A DNA stretch of 64,000 nucleotides from an uncultured virus (IMG/VR IMGVR_UViG_3300024999_000095) (IMGVR_UViG_3300024999_000095), one strand, 5' to 3'; shown: positions 9,702 through 20,390, counted from the stretch's first letter. A program made the numbers and translations. Notes: generated by a model not told the origin, from the letters alone.

Positions 9702-11675
9702 TTATTCTCCGTTGCAACAGTTGCGTTCTACCGTGCTGTGACTTTCGCTATATTGGTCAGATACGGACGTTCCGTAAGATTTACTCTTGCCGCTGCTATC
9801 ACTCCTGCTCTGGCTGTACCCAAGGTTCGCCCCTGCCGAGACGCTAGACAATGCCGCTGCGGAAAGCTGACTGGCTATCTGCGCCTTGGCCTTGATGAGT
9901 TCAGCGTTGATCTCAGCCTGTGCCGTCTCAATCCTCGCCAGCATATCGCCGTATCTCAGTTGAATCTCCGAGTTGGCAATTGCTACCGTTGTCTCTGCCT
10001 TGTAACTATCTGTCAAGGCGGTGACAATCGAAGAGAATTTCCTGATTTCTCCGTCGAACACCTGAAGTTTCAACCCTTCAGCCTTAGCCTGGATTTCTGC
10101 CTGACTGACGTTTGCTGAGATATCAGCCTTGTACTGTTCAAGTTGGGCCATGAAGATATTGACCTCGCCCTGGCTCTTCTTGACCTTTGCATCAAGGACC
10201 GATACGTCAATCTCGCTGCGGGTCTTATATGCCTCGACAACCTTGCCGTACCCCTCAACTTGGTAGGAGTACATCTTGGCTTTCTCGGATTCCCCGGCTA
10301 TCTGGGCCTGGTAGAGATTGTATCCAGCCGTGACCCCTTCAACCTGTGCCTTGTACGCCTCAACAAATGCTCTGAATTGTTCTACCCTGACACCGTTGAT
10401 TTCGGAGATGACCTTTTGACCGTCCATCTTTGCCGCGTAAATCTTCGCCATCGTGTCGATTGCGGCAAGTTGTTTGCCGTACAGATCAACGGTCAGCGCC
10501 TGCATCTCGACCGAGAGCTTGCGCCCGTCAATGGTTGCCTTATACAATTCAGCCTTGGCAATCTCAGCCTGTAGCCTGGCCTTGAAAATCTCCGCTTCAG
10601 TCTTATATCCTTCCAGCCGTGCAGCGAATGCCTTGACCCTGATGTCGTATTCCTGAATGAGAAATTCAAGCGTGACTTTGGAAGCCTCAAACGCTCGTTG
10701 CTGGACCGAGTTGAACAGGGCCATGTACTCATGTTCCAGGGCAAGCCCTTTCTCAATGATAAAGGTCGAATACTGATAGGCGAGGTCGGCTGATTTGGTC
10801 ATGATATCCCTGACCAGATCCTCACGGACGAAAGCCCCTTGCAACTGTATCTCGCTCAACCGTGCAACAAGCGCACCTTGCGGAAGCCTCGAACCCCTGG
10901 AAGCAAAGTCGGTGAAGGCAATCAGCTCGTTCTTCTGCGCCTCAGCATCCAGCCGAGTTAAAGCCCTGTCATAGATCGCCTGCTCGACTTCCGGTAGTAA
11001 CCCAGTACCACCATTGAGAATCCCGTCCTCAATCTTCAGCCTCAGCATCCGGTTGAAATCGCTATCGTAGACCGCTTCATTCCACGAATAGACCAGATCA
11101 GGAGGTGTCAGGTCGGCAGTCGGGAAGATCGCGGCAAACTCAGGCAACGCAAATACAGGTTCATCCGGTGGCAAGACCTCACGAAGCGTAGGCAGGGGAG
11201 GTGCGGAAGGGAGGTCATCAAGCGGCAGGTTGATAGCCAGTTCAGCCGGGGGTTCCTGCGTGAAGGTCGGCGGGAGTGTGCTCGGTGCTGCTGGTATGAA
11301 GAAATCAGGCATCGGCACATTGAATGCCGGAACATCAAGAGGTGTTATGTCGTAATTCTCAAGCGTCGGCGCGGCATGAGTAAACGCTACCGGAGTAATC
11401 GCAATCGGGGTAATCGTCGGACTGACCGGAGTAGTCGGCACCAGACCAGAGATACCAGCGGGCGAACCAATGGCAATCGGAGAAGGCGGACCCCAGTTGA
11501 AGTCAACGCTAGTCCCTGCCCCGCTGCTCCCCAAATAACTCAATGCCGTGCTGAAGGTCTGGTCAGCGTAGTCCTGCGACAGCGCAAATCTGCCAGCCAC
11601 CAGGCTGTGTGTGACCTCTGTAGTAAGAGGGTCTTCTGTTATATAGTCGTCTGCTGGATATCCTAGCGAACCCAT
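9702..11675 (-). CDS. Virion protein with Pro-rich N-terminus and long coiled coil (657 aa)
   Basis: Heptad-like A/E/K/Q-rich helical region; tight operon packing. Confidence 0.65.
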   Translation of the reverse strand: MGSLGYPADDYITEDPLTTEVTHSLVAGRFALSQDYADQTFSTALSYLGSSGAGTSVDFNWGPPSPIAIGSPAGISGLVPTTPVSPTITPIAITPVAFTHAAPTLENYDITPLDVPAFNVPMPDFFIPAAPSTLPPTFTQEPPAELAINLPLDDLPSAPPLPTLREVLPPDEPVFALPEFAAIFPTADLTPPDLVYSWNEAVYDSDFNRMLRLKIEDGILNGGTGLLPEVEQAIYDRALTRLDAEAQKNELIAFTDFASRGSRLPQGALVARLSEIQLQGAFVREDLVRDIMTKSADLAYQYSTFIIEKGLALEHEYMALFNSVQQRAFEASKVTLEFLIQEYDIRVKAFAARLEGYKTEAEIFKARLQAEIAKAELYKATIDGRKLSVEMQALTVDLYGKQLAAIDTMAKIYAAKMDGQKVISEINGVRVEQFRAFVEAYKAQVEGVTAGYNLYQAQIAGESEKAKMYSYQVEGYGKVVEAYKTRSEIDVSVLDAKVKKSQGEVNIFMAQLEQYKADISANVSQAEIQAKAEGLKLQVFDGEIRKFSSIVTALTDSYKAETTVAIANSEIQLRYGDMLARIETAQAEINAELIKAKAQIASQLSAAALSSVSAGANLGYSQSRSDSSGKSKSYGTSVSDQYSESHSTVERNCCNGE

Positions 11676-11676
11676 A

Positions 11677-13263
11677 TTATGCCTCTATTCCTTCTTCAAT
11701 GACTAACCCAAGGAAAATCTGTCCTCTTACTCTGTACTCAGTGTTTATCGGGGCACCAGCTACGTTGGGGATAACCACATACTCATCACCCCCCTGGTTT
11801 TCTATCGGGAATGACACCGACCCATCAAATCCCTCAGCAACAGGCCCCAGATAAATAAATGCCATATCGGTATAATTCCCGTTCCCCTCAGCATCGCTTG
11901 CCCCTGATTTTACCGCTGCAAGGGTGGTGCTGTTTTCTCCTGTCTTGTGGTAAACCAATCCTTCGCCATCCATCCCTTTGTATTTCCTCGCCATGCCCCA
12001 ACTAAACGCGCCGGAAACGCTTTGCCTTGCTCCATTGTCAACCACGATAAAAAGCTCATTTGCCCAACTGACATCTTCAGTGAAACATCCGTCGCATGGG
12101 AGAGATCCCCAGTCGTTGTTATATGGAGAAGGGAGAGGTTGGTGATTCCAGGTATGGATATCTACCGCGTTATCCCAACTTTCAAGCAAGTATGCTGAAT
12201 CATCCAGAACCTCATTCAGCCGAATGTTCCCGTTGGGGAAGTCATCGAGAAATGTTTCTATTTTGGTTTCAGTCAGCGTGTACTCGTCAAAACTGTTTGT
12301 ATTGTCGAATACATGAAGACAACTTACGGGGAACTCAAAGGATGTCTTGAATGCGGCAATGGCATCATAGCAACTCGGAGGTGGTGGTTCCCCTTCCTCA
12401 AGAGATTTGCATGATTCCTCGCCATGCCCGACTAAATAATGTCCGCCGTAGGTAATTGTTTGCTCGTACTTATCTCCTACCGAAACACCATCGAATAACT
12501 GCTCGTACCCGTATATCTCTGAGCCGCTTATCGGGTTGTCTGACATAGCGGCAGTCCATACCCATTCGTCATCTGCCCCGTCATAAAAGGCCAGTGACCC
12601 GCATATCTCAGTCTTACTACCAGACGATGAATCAGGTCCATCATCGGCCCTGCTCTCTTCAGGCGCTAGGCCAGAAGGACGGTAGAAATACAGTGTCTCC
12701 CCAACCTCTTCGTAAACTGAAAGAGGGCGCATGTGAGCAAAGGCAAGGTCCGCGTTGTAATACATAAACCCTTCGTGGTAGAACCCTTCTAGGACGGCAG
12801 TGCCATCATTAGCCGGGACGTTGAACCACTGGTAAGGCCCAGTAAATGAGCCGCCCATACTGGCGATATATCCCACAATCTCATCACTGTATTCATCCGC
12901 TGCGGTTACGATAAAGCACGGGATAAGCGTCTCAATTTCACGCGTTCCCTTTTTCTCTGAAGAAACCCCGCCACCAAGTTGCGCCATCGGGGAGGTGATG
13001 TGGATATCCTCCTTTCCATGCACGATCATGAACGTCGCTATCGTGCCGTCATCAAAATATTTGATACCTGAGATGATGGGCAGGTTGTTGACGTTGATCA
13101 TCTTCATCTTGCCCAGGTGCGCCCGTGCTTCGTGGAAATGCGAGTGCGCCCGCTGGTGATCGCCGGTCAAGGCATACTGGGTGCCGTTATGAGTAAAGGT
13201 CTTCGTCGGGACGTTCTGTTCCTTCTCAGTCTTACCCCTTATCTCATCCCAGTTGGTATTCAC
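11677..13263 (-). CDS. Putative tail/virion structural protein (528 aa, acidic)
   Basis: Long ORF with overlapping stop/start in the tail gene block. Confidence 0.55.
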   Translation of the reverse strand: MNTNWDEIRGKTEKEQNVPTKTFTHNGTQYALTGDHQRAHSHFHEARAHLGKMKMINVNNLPIISGIKYFDDGTIATFMIVHGKEDIHITSPMAQLGGGVSSEKKGTREIETLIPCFIVTAADEYSDEIVGYIASMGGSFTGPYQWFNVPANDGTAVLEGFYHEGFMYYNADLAFAHMRPLSVYEEVGETLYFYRPSGLAPEESRADDGPDSSSGSKTEICGSLAFYDGADDEWVWTAAMSDNPISGSEIYGYEQLFDGVSVGDKYEQTITYGGHYLVGHGEESCKSLEEGEPPPPSCYDAIAAFKTSFEFPVSCLHVFDNTNSFDEYTLTETKIETFLDDFPNGNIRLNEVLDDSAYLLESWDNAVDIHTWNHQPLPSPYNNDWGSLPCDGCFTEDVSWANELFIVVDNGARQSVSGAFSWGMARKYKGMDGEGLVYHKTGENSTTLAAVKSGASDAEGNGNYTDMAFIYLGPVAEGFDGSVSFPIENQGGDEYVVIPNVAGAPINTEYRVRGQIFLGLVIEEGIEA

Positions 13264-13757
13264 AGGCCATGCCTGCGGTTGACTGGCACAAACACTGCGT
13301 CGATGAAGTCAACGGAGAAATCAGAACCAGCGACATTGGCAACAGTAAAAGCCCAGTATTCACTTTTCTGCTTGCTGTTTATAGGCACCTCAAACGTGTG
13401 CTGCGCTAGACTTGTGTCTCTAGGGGCCACAGTATAGGTCGAGGTCGGAACGGACGCTGTAGGCGTGTCTACCTTCACCGTGAGCGAACCTGTAAATACC
13501 CCGCCCATGTACAGCCTGCGACCCTGTTTAACGTAGTCTTTGCCGAGTTGACTTGGGCCAAGTTCAAACCATGCCGACACATTGCGCTCATCCGAGGTTG
13601 TGGTGAAGATATCCTTCAGTCCACCGTCAAGGCGGAATATCCCGTCAGGGCTTGCGCCTATGGGAATACCGTCGAACATACAGAACGAGACGAAGGCGGT
13701 TGGGTATCCATATTGTGTAACAGCGTTGTTGCGTAGGTTCACCCTAGCCGTTGTCAT
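13260..13757 (-). CDS. Putative tail protein (165 aa)
   Basis: Beta-rich ORF translationally coupled to its neighbours. Confidence 0.55.
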   Translation of the reverse strand: MTTARVNLRNNAVTQYGYPTAFVSFCMFDGIPIGASPDGIFRLDGGLKDIFTTTSDERNVSAWFELGPSQLGKDYVKQGRRLYMGGVFTGSLTVKVDTPTASVPTSTYTVAPRDTSLAQHTFEVPINSKQKSEYWAFTVANVAGSDFSVDFIDAVFVPVNRRHGL

Positions 13758-15363
13758 AATTTCTCCTGAATCGGATTATCTCGTCACTCGTTGTGGTAAT
13801 ATCAGTGCTGATATCAACGCCGATAAACACCGTGCCAATCGTCGGGGGAGTGTTGCCGGAAAAGACCATTGTCGTCTCAACGCTGAGAGCAAAGGCAGTC
13901 TGCATGGCAGGAGACAACCCGGAGAAATTCAGTTCATTTGTGGTAAAGTCGAACGAACCAGTCATTGCCGGGGAAAGCCCAGTGAATGAACCGTACTGCT
14001 CCATCTCACCAGTGAACGCGCCTTCCATTGCCGGGGTCTTCCCGGAAAAGTCCATCTCCTGCGAGAACTCAAACCCACCGAACATGGCCGGGGACTTCAC
14101 ATCGAATGCGCCGTATGTTTCTTCTTCAATCTCAAACGCGCCTTGCATGATGGGAGTCTTGCCGGAAAACTCAGAGCCAAACTCAAACGCACCCTGCATA
14201 ACAGGGGTATTGCCTACAAAGTCGGCATACTGGATTTCCTCAAGGACGAAAGCCCCGGACATGCCAGGACTGTTACCCTCAAACTCAGCACCAAACTCAA
14301 ACACACCGGATGAGGCTGGAGTTTCCCCGGCAAAGTCATGAGGATAGACGAACGCCCATTCCCCCTGCATCTGCGCCGTGTTGCCGGAAAACTCTACGGT
14401 ATCGGCAAATGTGAACGATCCCCGCATATTCGGAGTCGTTCCGGCAATCTCCATGAACTGTTCAATCACCGGGACTAGTCCAGTAATTCGCATCTGGACC
14501 GTTATGGGCATACATATAGGAAGGTTTGAAACAGACGGTTCGCCGCCTGTTATTGTAAGCCCTCCACTTGACGGCGAAACAGATACAGCCGTGCCAGGAG
14601 CAGGGGCTGCTGTCGTCAACGAGATATCTACCGTCGCAGGAGAAACAGCGATAGCAGGAGTGGCACCGGTTAATGCCAATTCCGCAGTAGGAGGGGTAAG
14701 GGTCATTACCGGACGTATCGCAAGGGTTACTGCGGCCCAAGAATAATAAGACTCGCTCCCATCCGCTGTCCAGTCAGTCCATGCGGCAGGGTCTTCAGAG
14801 CCAGTCCCGCTCCATTGCTTCCTTGCCACTACAACTGTGCTTTTGCTATTAGCATTACACTGGACTTGTACTTGATCTGAATATCCACTCGGGGCGGTAA
14901 CTGAAGAGTCCAAGTTAGAACCGCACCCTACCACCACAACCCATGCCCCATTAGAGACAGGAGTTATAGCCGCCGCATTCGGAACTGGAGAGTTACCCCC
15001 TGTGGCAGTGGTTGCAGCAACATCAAGAACAGTAGATGTTGAAACTCCCCTCAACACATAAGCTATAGCAGCAGTCCCATACGCGGCTGATCCTGAAACA
15101 CCTGTAATGCTGACGGTAGTATCAGGGGTCGCGCCCATCCTCTTCCAACTGACGGAAAGGTTGGCATCGTAAGAATCGTCGGAGTATAAATCTGCAACCT
15201 CAGAATATCCAGAGGTTGCAACCCCTATGTCGTAATCACTAACAGTGCCAGACCCTACTGCAACGATAACAACATCATTCTCCTGACACTCTGGAAGATC
15301 CAAAGTGAAAGGAGATGTGTTAATTACTGAGGTGCTGGTACTGCCTACAAGCGTAATAGCCAT
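13744..15363 (-). CDS. Tail fibre/spike-like protein with ~11 FxGxTPxMxGxF repeats (539 aa)
   Basis: Ser/Thr/Ala-rich N-terminal beta domain; C-terminal tandem repeats are visible in the translation. Confidence 0.6.
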   Translation of the reverse strand: MAITLVGSTSTSVINTSPFTLDLPECQENDVVIVAVGSGTVSDYDIGVATSGYSEVADLYSDDSYDANLSVSWKRMGATPDTTVSITGVSGSAAYGTAAIAYVLRGVSTSTVLDVAATTATGGNSPVPNAAAITPVSNGAWVVVVGCGSNLDSSVTAPSGYSDQVQVQCNANSKSTVVVARKQWSGTGSEDPAAWTDWTADGSESYYSWAAVTLAIRPVMTLTPPTAELALTGATPAIAVSPATVDISLTTAAPAPGTAVSVSPSSGGLTITGGEPSVSNLPICMPITVQMRITGLVPVIEQFMEIAGTTPNMRGSFTFADTVEFSGNTAQMQGEWAFVYPHDFAGETPASSGVFEFGAEFEGNSPGMSGAFVLEEIQYADFVGNTPVMQGAFEFGSEFSGKTPIMQGAFEIEEETYGAFDVKSPAMFGGFEFSQEMDFSGKTPAMEGAFTGEMEQYGSFTGLSPAMTGSFDFTTNELNFSGLSPAMQTAFALSVETTMVFSGNTPPTIGTVFIGVDISTDITTTSDEIIRFRRNYDNG

Positions 15364-15366
15364 AGG

Positions 15367-15807
15367 TTATGCCAGTTGAAAAATGCCAGTTGCCGGGAGT
15401 GTAATCAGAAATACCTGCCCACTGGCGACGCTATGGTCTGCCGGGGCCGTGTCGAGAAGGCTGTAACTGAGCAGTGTCTTGTTCGCATCGGTATTGTCGT
15501 ATGCTGCCACATATCTGGCGGCAATGCCGGAAGCCCCTGCGGTCCAACTTGGGTCATCGCAATCCCATGTCACCGTCCCCGAAGAATTTGTCCATGCCAA
15601 ATTGGTAACAGAAAGACCACCAGCAGTGTAACCATCGCCGGTGATTTCATTGGCACTGATATCGGCCCAGTTAGCCTGGGTGGCAAGATTAGGGGTCCAC
15701 GAAGATGACAGCAGGGCAAACTTGATATCATCAGAATCCAAGTCGATAAGTTTTTGACCCAGCCGAACCTTAAATGTATGAAATACTGCAAATGCAGACG
15801 CTGCCAT
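15367..15807 (-). CDS. Small tail structural protein (146 aa)
   Basis: DLDSDDIKFALL...NEITGDGYTAGG...WT pattern, typical of phage tail-associated beta proteins. Confidence 0.6.
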   Translation of the reverse strand: MAASAFAVFHTFKVRLGQKLIDLDSDDIKFALLSSSWTPNLATQANWADISANEITGDGYTAGGLSVTNLAWTNSSGTVTWDCDDPSWTAGASGIAARYVAAYDNTDANKTLLSYSLLDTAPADHSVASGQVFLITLPATGIFQLA

Positions 15808-15809
15808 GA

Positions 15810-16541
15810 TTACACCCCATACTGATACGGGAAGGTGAACGAACCGGAGTTGAGGTAATAGACTTTCCCAAGTTGAATGGCAGTCGTAGCAACCAGAGCA
15901 TCAACGCCCGAAGTCGTACCGACCGACATATCAATGCGCGGGAGGGTAGTTGAGGCAAGGCCATTGTCGGCGGGATTGGCACAAATCCGAATCCATCCAG
16001 CCGTACCGTTGGCAAGCCCTGTGCCCTTGGGAGTCTCTGCGGCTGCGGTCGTGATAACACCACCAGAGCTAACGTCGAAATTCAGCCCGTTTGCAGCGGC
16101 ACCGTGAGCGAACGTTCCGCCATTGTTGGTATATTCCACCAGCAATGTAGCGGTCCCGACAGCGGCATCGGCGGTAGCAGGCTGTGAACCGGAATACTCG
16201 CGCATGACGAAATTCCTGAAGATATCCCTGAGAGCACCACCGGAAGCGGCAACGATAGCGAAGACCGTGCCTGCTGCTTCTGTCGTGGGGGCAGGAGTTA
16301 CGGTCAAGGCCCCGGCTGCGGCGGCAGTGACGGTGAACGTGGTGTTGTTATTGGCCGTGCCAAATGCCCGTACCAGATCGCCAACAAAAAAGCCTGCGGT
16401 CAGCAAGCCATTGCCGGAATCCCGAATCTCTCCAGAGGCATTGTCAAAGCTGATCGTGTTTGCAGCTTTTGCAGCGTGGATGGTTGCCCGGCCTGTGCCA
16501 TACATCAAATCGCGCAACCCCGTACTGAATCTAATTGCCAT
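15810..16541 (-). CDS. Virion structural protein (243 aa)
   Basis: MAIRFSTGLRD...YSGSQPATADAA...GTAGWIR pattern of tail/collar proteins; SD GGAGA. Confidence 0.6.
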   Translation of the reverse strand: MAIRFSTGLRDLMYGTGRATIHAAKAANTISFDNASGEIRDSGNGLLTAGFFVGDLVRAFGTANNNTTFTVTAAAAGALTVTPAPTTEAAGTVFAIVAASGGALRDIFRNFVMREYSGSQPATADAAVGTATLLVEYTNNGGTFAHGAAANGLNFDVSSGGVITTAAAETPKGTGLANGTAGWIRICANPADNGLASTTLPRIDMSVGTTSGVDALVATTAIQLGKVYYLNSGSFTFPYQYGV

Positions 16542-16580
16542 TGTTATATCTCCATTTGTTTGTTAGGCAACAACCCAAAA

Positions 16581-17534
16581 TTACTTGATGAATTGGGCTA
16601 TCAGGGTAGACCCATCAACGAGGATCGCGCCTGACGTATAGGGTGGAACTAAATCAATTTTGTCTTCGGTGATATTGTAAACGGTCCCGTCAGCATCTCC
16701 GAACATCACGCCTTCGTTAGTGAGCCAGAACGCCACTTCTCGCTTGCCGCCAGAGACGTAGGTATATGAACCGTCGAACTGCATTGAACCAACAGCAGGC
16801 TTGTCTGACCATGGCAAAGCGGGATGATCGTCCACCAACCGCCAATCAAACGCCTTGGGATCTGGCCCGGAGACGAACCATGTCTTGTCGGACTCAGAGA
16901 TGAATATCCCACCCCCGACTGGCCGAATCATCGTCGTCGGGGATTCCAGCGACAGGTAACTGTCACCACGGGCGAAAATATCAGGGCCATAATGCTCTGA
17001 GTAAAGTATCTCCTTTTCATCCAAGATATTGCTGGCATACATCCTGCCGTTGTAATATCCGAGATGCCTACACACTGGCGGGTCATAGAAAATCCGGGTT
17101 TGGTTCATCGAAACAACGTCACCCTTCACCCATGCCGTGTTTACTCCTTCAACGACCTTTCCTTTCTGCGCCCCGTTTGACCAGTAGGCAATCCCATCGA
17201 CAACCGCAAAGGTTATCCTGCCAGGCGTTACGGTAGCGATTTGTGAGTAGGTCGTGAATCCCGGCCTGAGCAACCACAACCCGTCTTCTGAACAGAACAG
17301 CATATACTTTCCAGGGACAGTGCAAGTGGAGTGCGAATTGTCCAACACCTTCCGCAATATCCCGCGCCTGCGGTCAATCCTGTTACCATCCGATATATTG
17401 ACGTTCATGCAGGCGGCAAGATCGACCAACCCGACTTGTCCGGGGAATCCTGCCTGCCCTTCAGAGTACGGTGAACGTGCGGGTGAGGTCTGGGTCTTCA
17501 GTCCAGCCGACCCTTTCATTATTCCCGTTACCAT
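16581..17534 (-). CDS. Putative tail stabilisation/nozzle-like protein (317 aa)
   Basis: Beta-propeller-like segments; position after the adaptor gene. Confidence 0.5.
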   Translation of the reverse strand: MVTGIMKGSAGLKTQTSPARSPYSEGQAGFPGQVGLVDLAACMNVNISDGNRIDRRRGILRKVLDNSHSTCTVPGKYMLFCSEDGLWLLRPGFTTYSQIATVTPGRITFAVVDGIAYWSNGAQKGKVVEGVNTAWVKGDVVSMNQTRIFYDPPVCRHLGYYNGRMYASNILDEKEILYSEHYGPDIFARGDSYLSLESPTTMIRPVGGGIFISESDKTWFVSGPDPKAFDWRLVDDHPALPWSDKPAVGSMQFDGSYTYVSGGKREVAFWLTNEGVMFGDADGTVYNITEDKIDLVPPYTSGAILVDGSTLIAQFIK

Positions 17535-18166
17535 ATCGCGTTCTTCGCCTGAGTAGGTCTTGCAACGCCTCTATTGATAATGGCCTTGAGTTTTGATACC
17601 ATTTCCTGGTATCGTCCCTCCCACCTATTCGTGTTCACCTTGGCCCCTTCAATGCCGTCCTCGATGATGTCGAATATCCGAAAGGCAGCGTAATACTTCA
17701 GTGCCGCCTCCCCATAAGGTCGTGTCTGCCTGTTGAACCCGTCCGGTTCTGCACCAGCAATCAGAGTTGTCGGGGTCCGGTAGTAATAGATGGTCAACGG
17801 AGTTATCGCAGTCGGAATGGGCAGGTACATCAAAGTCGCATCCTTAACCGCTACGCCCTTGGCATCTCCGGTGATTGTCAGGTCGGTGTATTCCCGCGCC
17901 ATATCAGTCCATAATTCATAGACCTTGAGTGGCCTTCCATCATCATCAGCGTAATAGATGCCTTGCCCATAGTCTGATGGGAGATTGGCAACATTCCCGC
18001 TGGTCACAGTGTTGACCGTTGCTCTGGAATCAAGCGGAGGCAACAGCTTTTCAGCGGCCAGCATCTGCAATCCCTCATTGATCAGAGGGAGTATTTCAGT
18101 GGTCGTATATCCGGGGTCTTGAACTATCCCCTGAACAGCCAGTACCAGCGCCTCAGCAGTTGCCAT
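17528..18166 (-). CDS. Head-tail adaptor/connector protein (212 aa)
   Basis: ILPLINEGL...LPSDY...LMYLPIP...IYYYRTP...ALKYYAA pattern of podovirus adaptor proteins. Confidence 0.6.
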   Translation of the reverse strand: MATAEALVLAVQGIVQDPGYTTTEILPLINEGLQMLAAEKLLPPLDSRATVNTVTSGNVANLPSDYGQGIYYADDDGRPLKVYELWTDMAREYTDLTITGDAKGVAVKDATLMYLPIPTAITPLTIYYYRTPTTLIAGAEPDGFNRQTRPYGEAALKYYAAFRIFDIIEDGIEGAKVNTNRWEGRYQEMVSKLKAIINRGVARPTQAKNAIW

Positions 18167-18540
18167 TATTCAATCCCGAACTTATCAATTAAACTGATAA
18201 CCTGCGCCTTCATCTCGTACAACTTGCCATCGGCTATCTCAAAGTTGAAATTCCGCTTGGCATACTCGGACAGTGCCTGTTTGCGCGGGACGGACATGAT
18301 GAAGTCCCTTGCCGATTGCAAGACTTCCTCCTGGTCGCCACTTTTCGTCTCCGTTTCAATCCCGGCTGATTCCACAACTTCACCGAGAACGAATACGTCA
18401 GAATGCTTGAGCAGCATTACCGCTTTGTCGCTCTGGATCATCAGCGTCTGACCTTTCGTCCATTCGCCGCCAGAACCGTAATTTCCATCCTTGCATGTCT
18501 CTCTGAAGCCGACATACTTGACGGGGGTAAATTCGTTCAT
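18166..18540 (-). CDS. Hypothetical head-associated protein (124 aa)
   Basis: SD GAGG; sits between capsid and adaptor genes. Confidence 0.55.
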   Translation of the reverse strand: MNEFTPVKYVGFRETCKDGNYGSGGEWTKGQTLMIQSDKAVMLLKHSDVFVLGEVVESAGIETETKSGDQEEVLQSARDFIMSVPRKQALSEYAKRNFNFEIADGKLYEMKAQVISLIDKFGIE

Positions 18541-18551
18541 AAGTCCTCACA

Positions 18552-18571
18552 CCCCCCGGCGAACCGGGGGG
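18552..18571 (-). terminator. GC hairpin with UUCG tetraloop after the capsid genes (terminator/attenuator or mRNA stabiliser)
   Basis: CCCCCCGG-TTCG-CCGGGGGG on the minus strand; no clear U-tract. Confidence 0.5.
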
Positions 18572-18586
18572 ATGGTTGAGTTAAGA

Positions 18587-19069
18587 TCAGGGCTGTCCGG
18601 TCATAACGCCGATAACGCCGATATCCAACTTGCCAACCGCATCAGCATGGGCACCAGCCCAGGTCAGGGTCAGATAAGCCGGTTTCGGCAGGGTGACGGG
18701 ACGGACGGCTACGTTGGTCATCCGCAGTTTCGCCTGACTTGCCAGCGAGGTAGCGGCACAGAAATAGTCGTCGTCCTGCGGGACAGCGGTAGAATCAACG
18801 CCGTCCACGTACTTGAACCCGATCTTGCCGGTAGACGAACCAGTGAACGCGTCACTGATATTGGCGATGTAGTCCCAAATCTTCAGGCCAGCAGGGAGGA
18901 TGCCAAGATTAAGCACATCGTTCACCTGAATAGCCGTAGCCTGGTCAGAATCCACCCACACTCCAGTTGAATTGGTCTCAAGAGGAAAATGCAGAATGGT
19001 CATATTGCCCCACGGCACACCACCGATCTGAGTTTCAGTTGCAATGCCTTTCTTTGTTACAGTTGCCAT
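18587..19069 (-). CDS. Putative capsid decoration/cement protein (160 aa)
   Basis: Immediately downstream of the major capsid gene; beta-rich; SD GGAG. Confidence 0.55.
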   Translation of the reverse strand: MATVTKKGIATETQIGGVPWGNMTILHFPLETNSTGVWVDSDQATAIQVNDVLNLGILPAGLKIWDYIANISDAFTGSSTGKIGFKYVDGVDSTAVPQDDDYFCAATSLASQAKLRMTNVAVRPVTLPKPAYLTLTWAGAHADAVGKLDIGVIGVMTGQP

Positions 19070-19087
19070 AATAATTCTCCAGTTAGA

Positions 19088-20371
19088 TTACAGTGCTACA
19101 ACGGTATCAAGTGCGATAACGCCGAAGTCGGTAGGCTGAACAGACACGCCGTGGTCTACGTCAAAACGGATTTTGCTCTTGCCGCCGATCTGACCGCAGA
19201 CAATCTCCAGGTTGTTTTTGAAATCGGTCTCTTCTTCCTCGAAAAAGTACGGTGCGCCGGAATGCTTGCTCTTTCCAAACGCCTCAGCAAGTGCCATACC
19301 GCCAAGAAGCAGGGCGCGGTCAACTGCGTAGGCAGTGGTGAAAGAGGAAGGAATCAGATCCCCAGAGATTTCCGTATCACTGGTAAGTGAGGTACAGTGC
19401 AGAAGCTCATTGCCAGTGTAGAACCGAATCGGTTTCGGCAGTTTGACGATGAGGATGCCGCGCCACAGAAGGCTGTCGTTCATGAACAGCGGATGATTCT
19501 TTGCCATCTGCCCCCGGGCAACCGCGTTAGCTATCAGAGTCCGGTAGGAAATGGAGTTCTGAGTGGACTTCACGAAAGCGTTGTACTGCTTCGGGGATAC
19601 CAGCAGAACCCTGATAGGATCGTCAGCGGCCATCTGGTCGTCCTTGAACACTACCGGGGGCGGTGCAAGGGCCATTTCCTCGATAGTCGTTGCCAGTGCG
19701 TCTACAACGTCCATGTTGAACAGGTCGGTAGAGGCGAGGGTGATCTCGTTGCCGGAAGCGGCTACATACTCAATGCCCGTACCAGTGGACATATAATGCC
19801 GGTTGTAGGTCGGAGCCTTGACCGTGTTGACACAGACACTTGCAAAGTCAGCGTCAGAAGCCAGCGGTACAACCCACTCAACGTCATTGGCAAAACCACG
19901 CGCACCGGCCAGGTGGACATGCTGAAGCTGGTCCTCGTAGCGGGTCATGAGATTGAAAGACTGCTCGCGGGCCAGGGACCGAAGCTGCCATTTAGTTCTC
20001 TGCTGGTCCATAACGCCACCGGCAGAAATCGGGAAACGGGCCTGGTCGATATGCAGCTTGTCACCGGAGAAGGTCAGGTTCTTACCAAGACCCTGTGCGA
20101 CCTTGTTGCCCATGATAGGCTTGCCAGTGATGGGATTGATCAGGTCAAACTTGATCTCATCGCCAGCCGATTTGGTAAGGTCCATTGCCCGGACTACCGG
20201 CAGGGATGCTTTGGACTGAAATTTCAGGTTATTCTCAGCGTCGGCCTGCTGCGGAAGGTTGCCGGTGAGACGGTTGAGTTTGGTCAATCTGGCCATGGAT
20301 GCCGTAAACAGACCAGCGGCCTGAGTTACGAGAGCCTGGTCGGAACCGTAGGGAATAGATGTTACAGACAT
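19088..20371 (-). CDS. Major capsid protein (N4-gp56/DUF4043-like)
   Basis: DLTKSAGDEIKFDL...IDQARFPISAGG.M.QQRT...HPLF...RALLLGG.ALA.AFG...DFGVIALDT motifs; follows the scaffold gene. Confidence 0.85.
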   Translation of the reverse strand: MSVTSIPYGSDQALVTQAAGLFTASMARLTKLNRLTGNLPQQADAENNLKFQSKASLPVVRAMDLTKSAGDEIKFDLINPITGKPIMGNKVAQGLGKNLTFSGDKLHIDQARFPISAGGVMDQQRTKWQLRSLAREQSFNLMTRYEDQLQHVHLAGARGFANDVEWVVPLASDADFASVCVNTVKAPTYNRHYMSTGTGIEYVAASGNEITLASTDLFNMDVVDALATTIEEMALAPPPVVFKDDQMAADDPIRVLLVSPKQYNAFVKSTQNSISYRTLIANAVARGQMAKNHPLFMNDSLLWRGILIVKLPKPIRFYTGNELLHCTSLTSDTEISGDLIPSSFTTAYAVDRALLLGGMALAEAFGKSKHSGAPYFFEEEETDFKNNLEIVCGQIGGKSKIRFDVDHGVSVQPTDFGVIALDTVVAL

Positions 20372-20390
20372 TGTGTTACCTCATTGGTTT

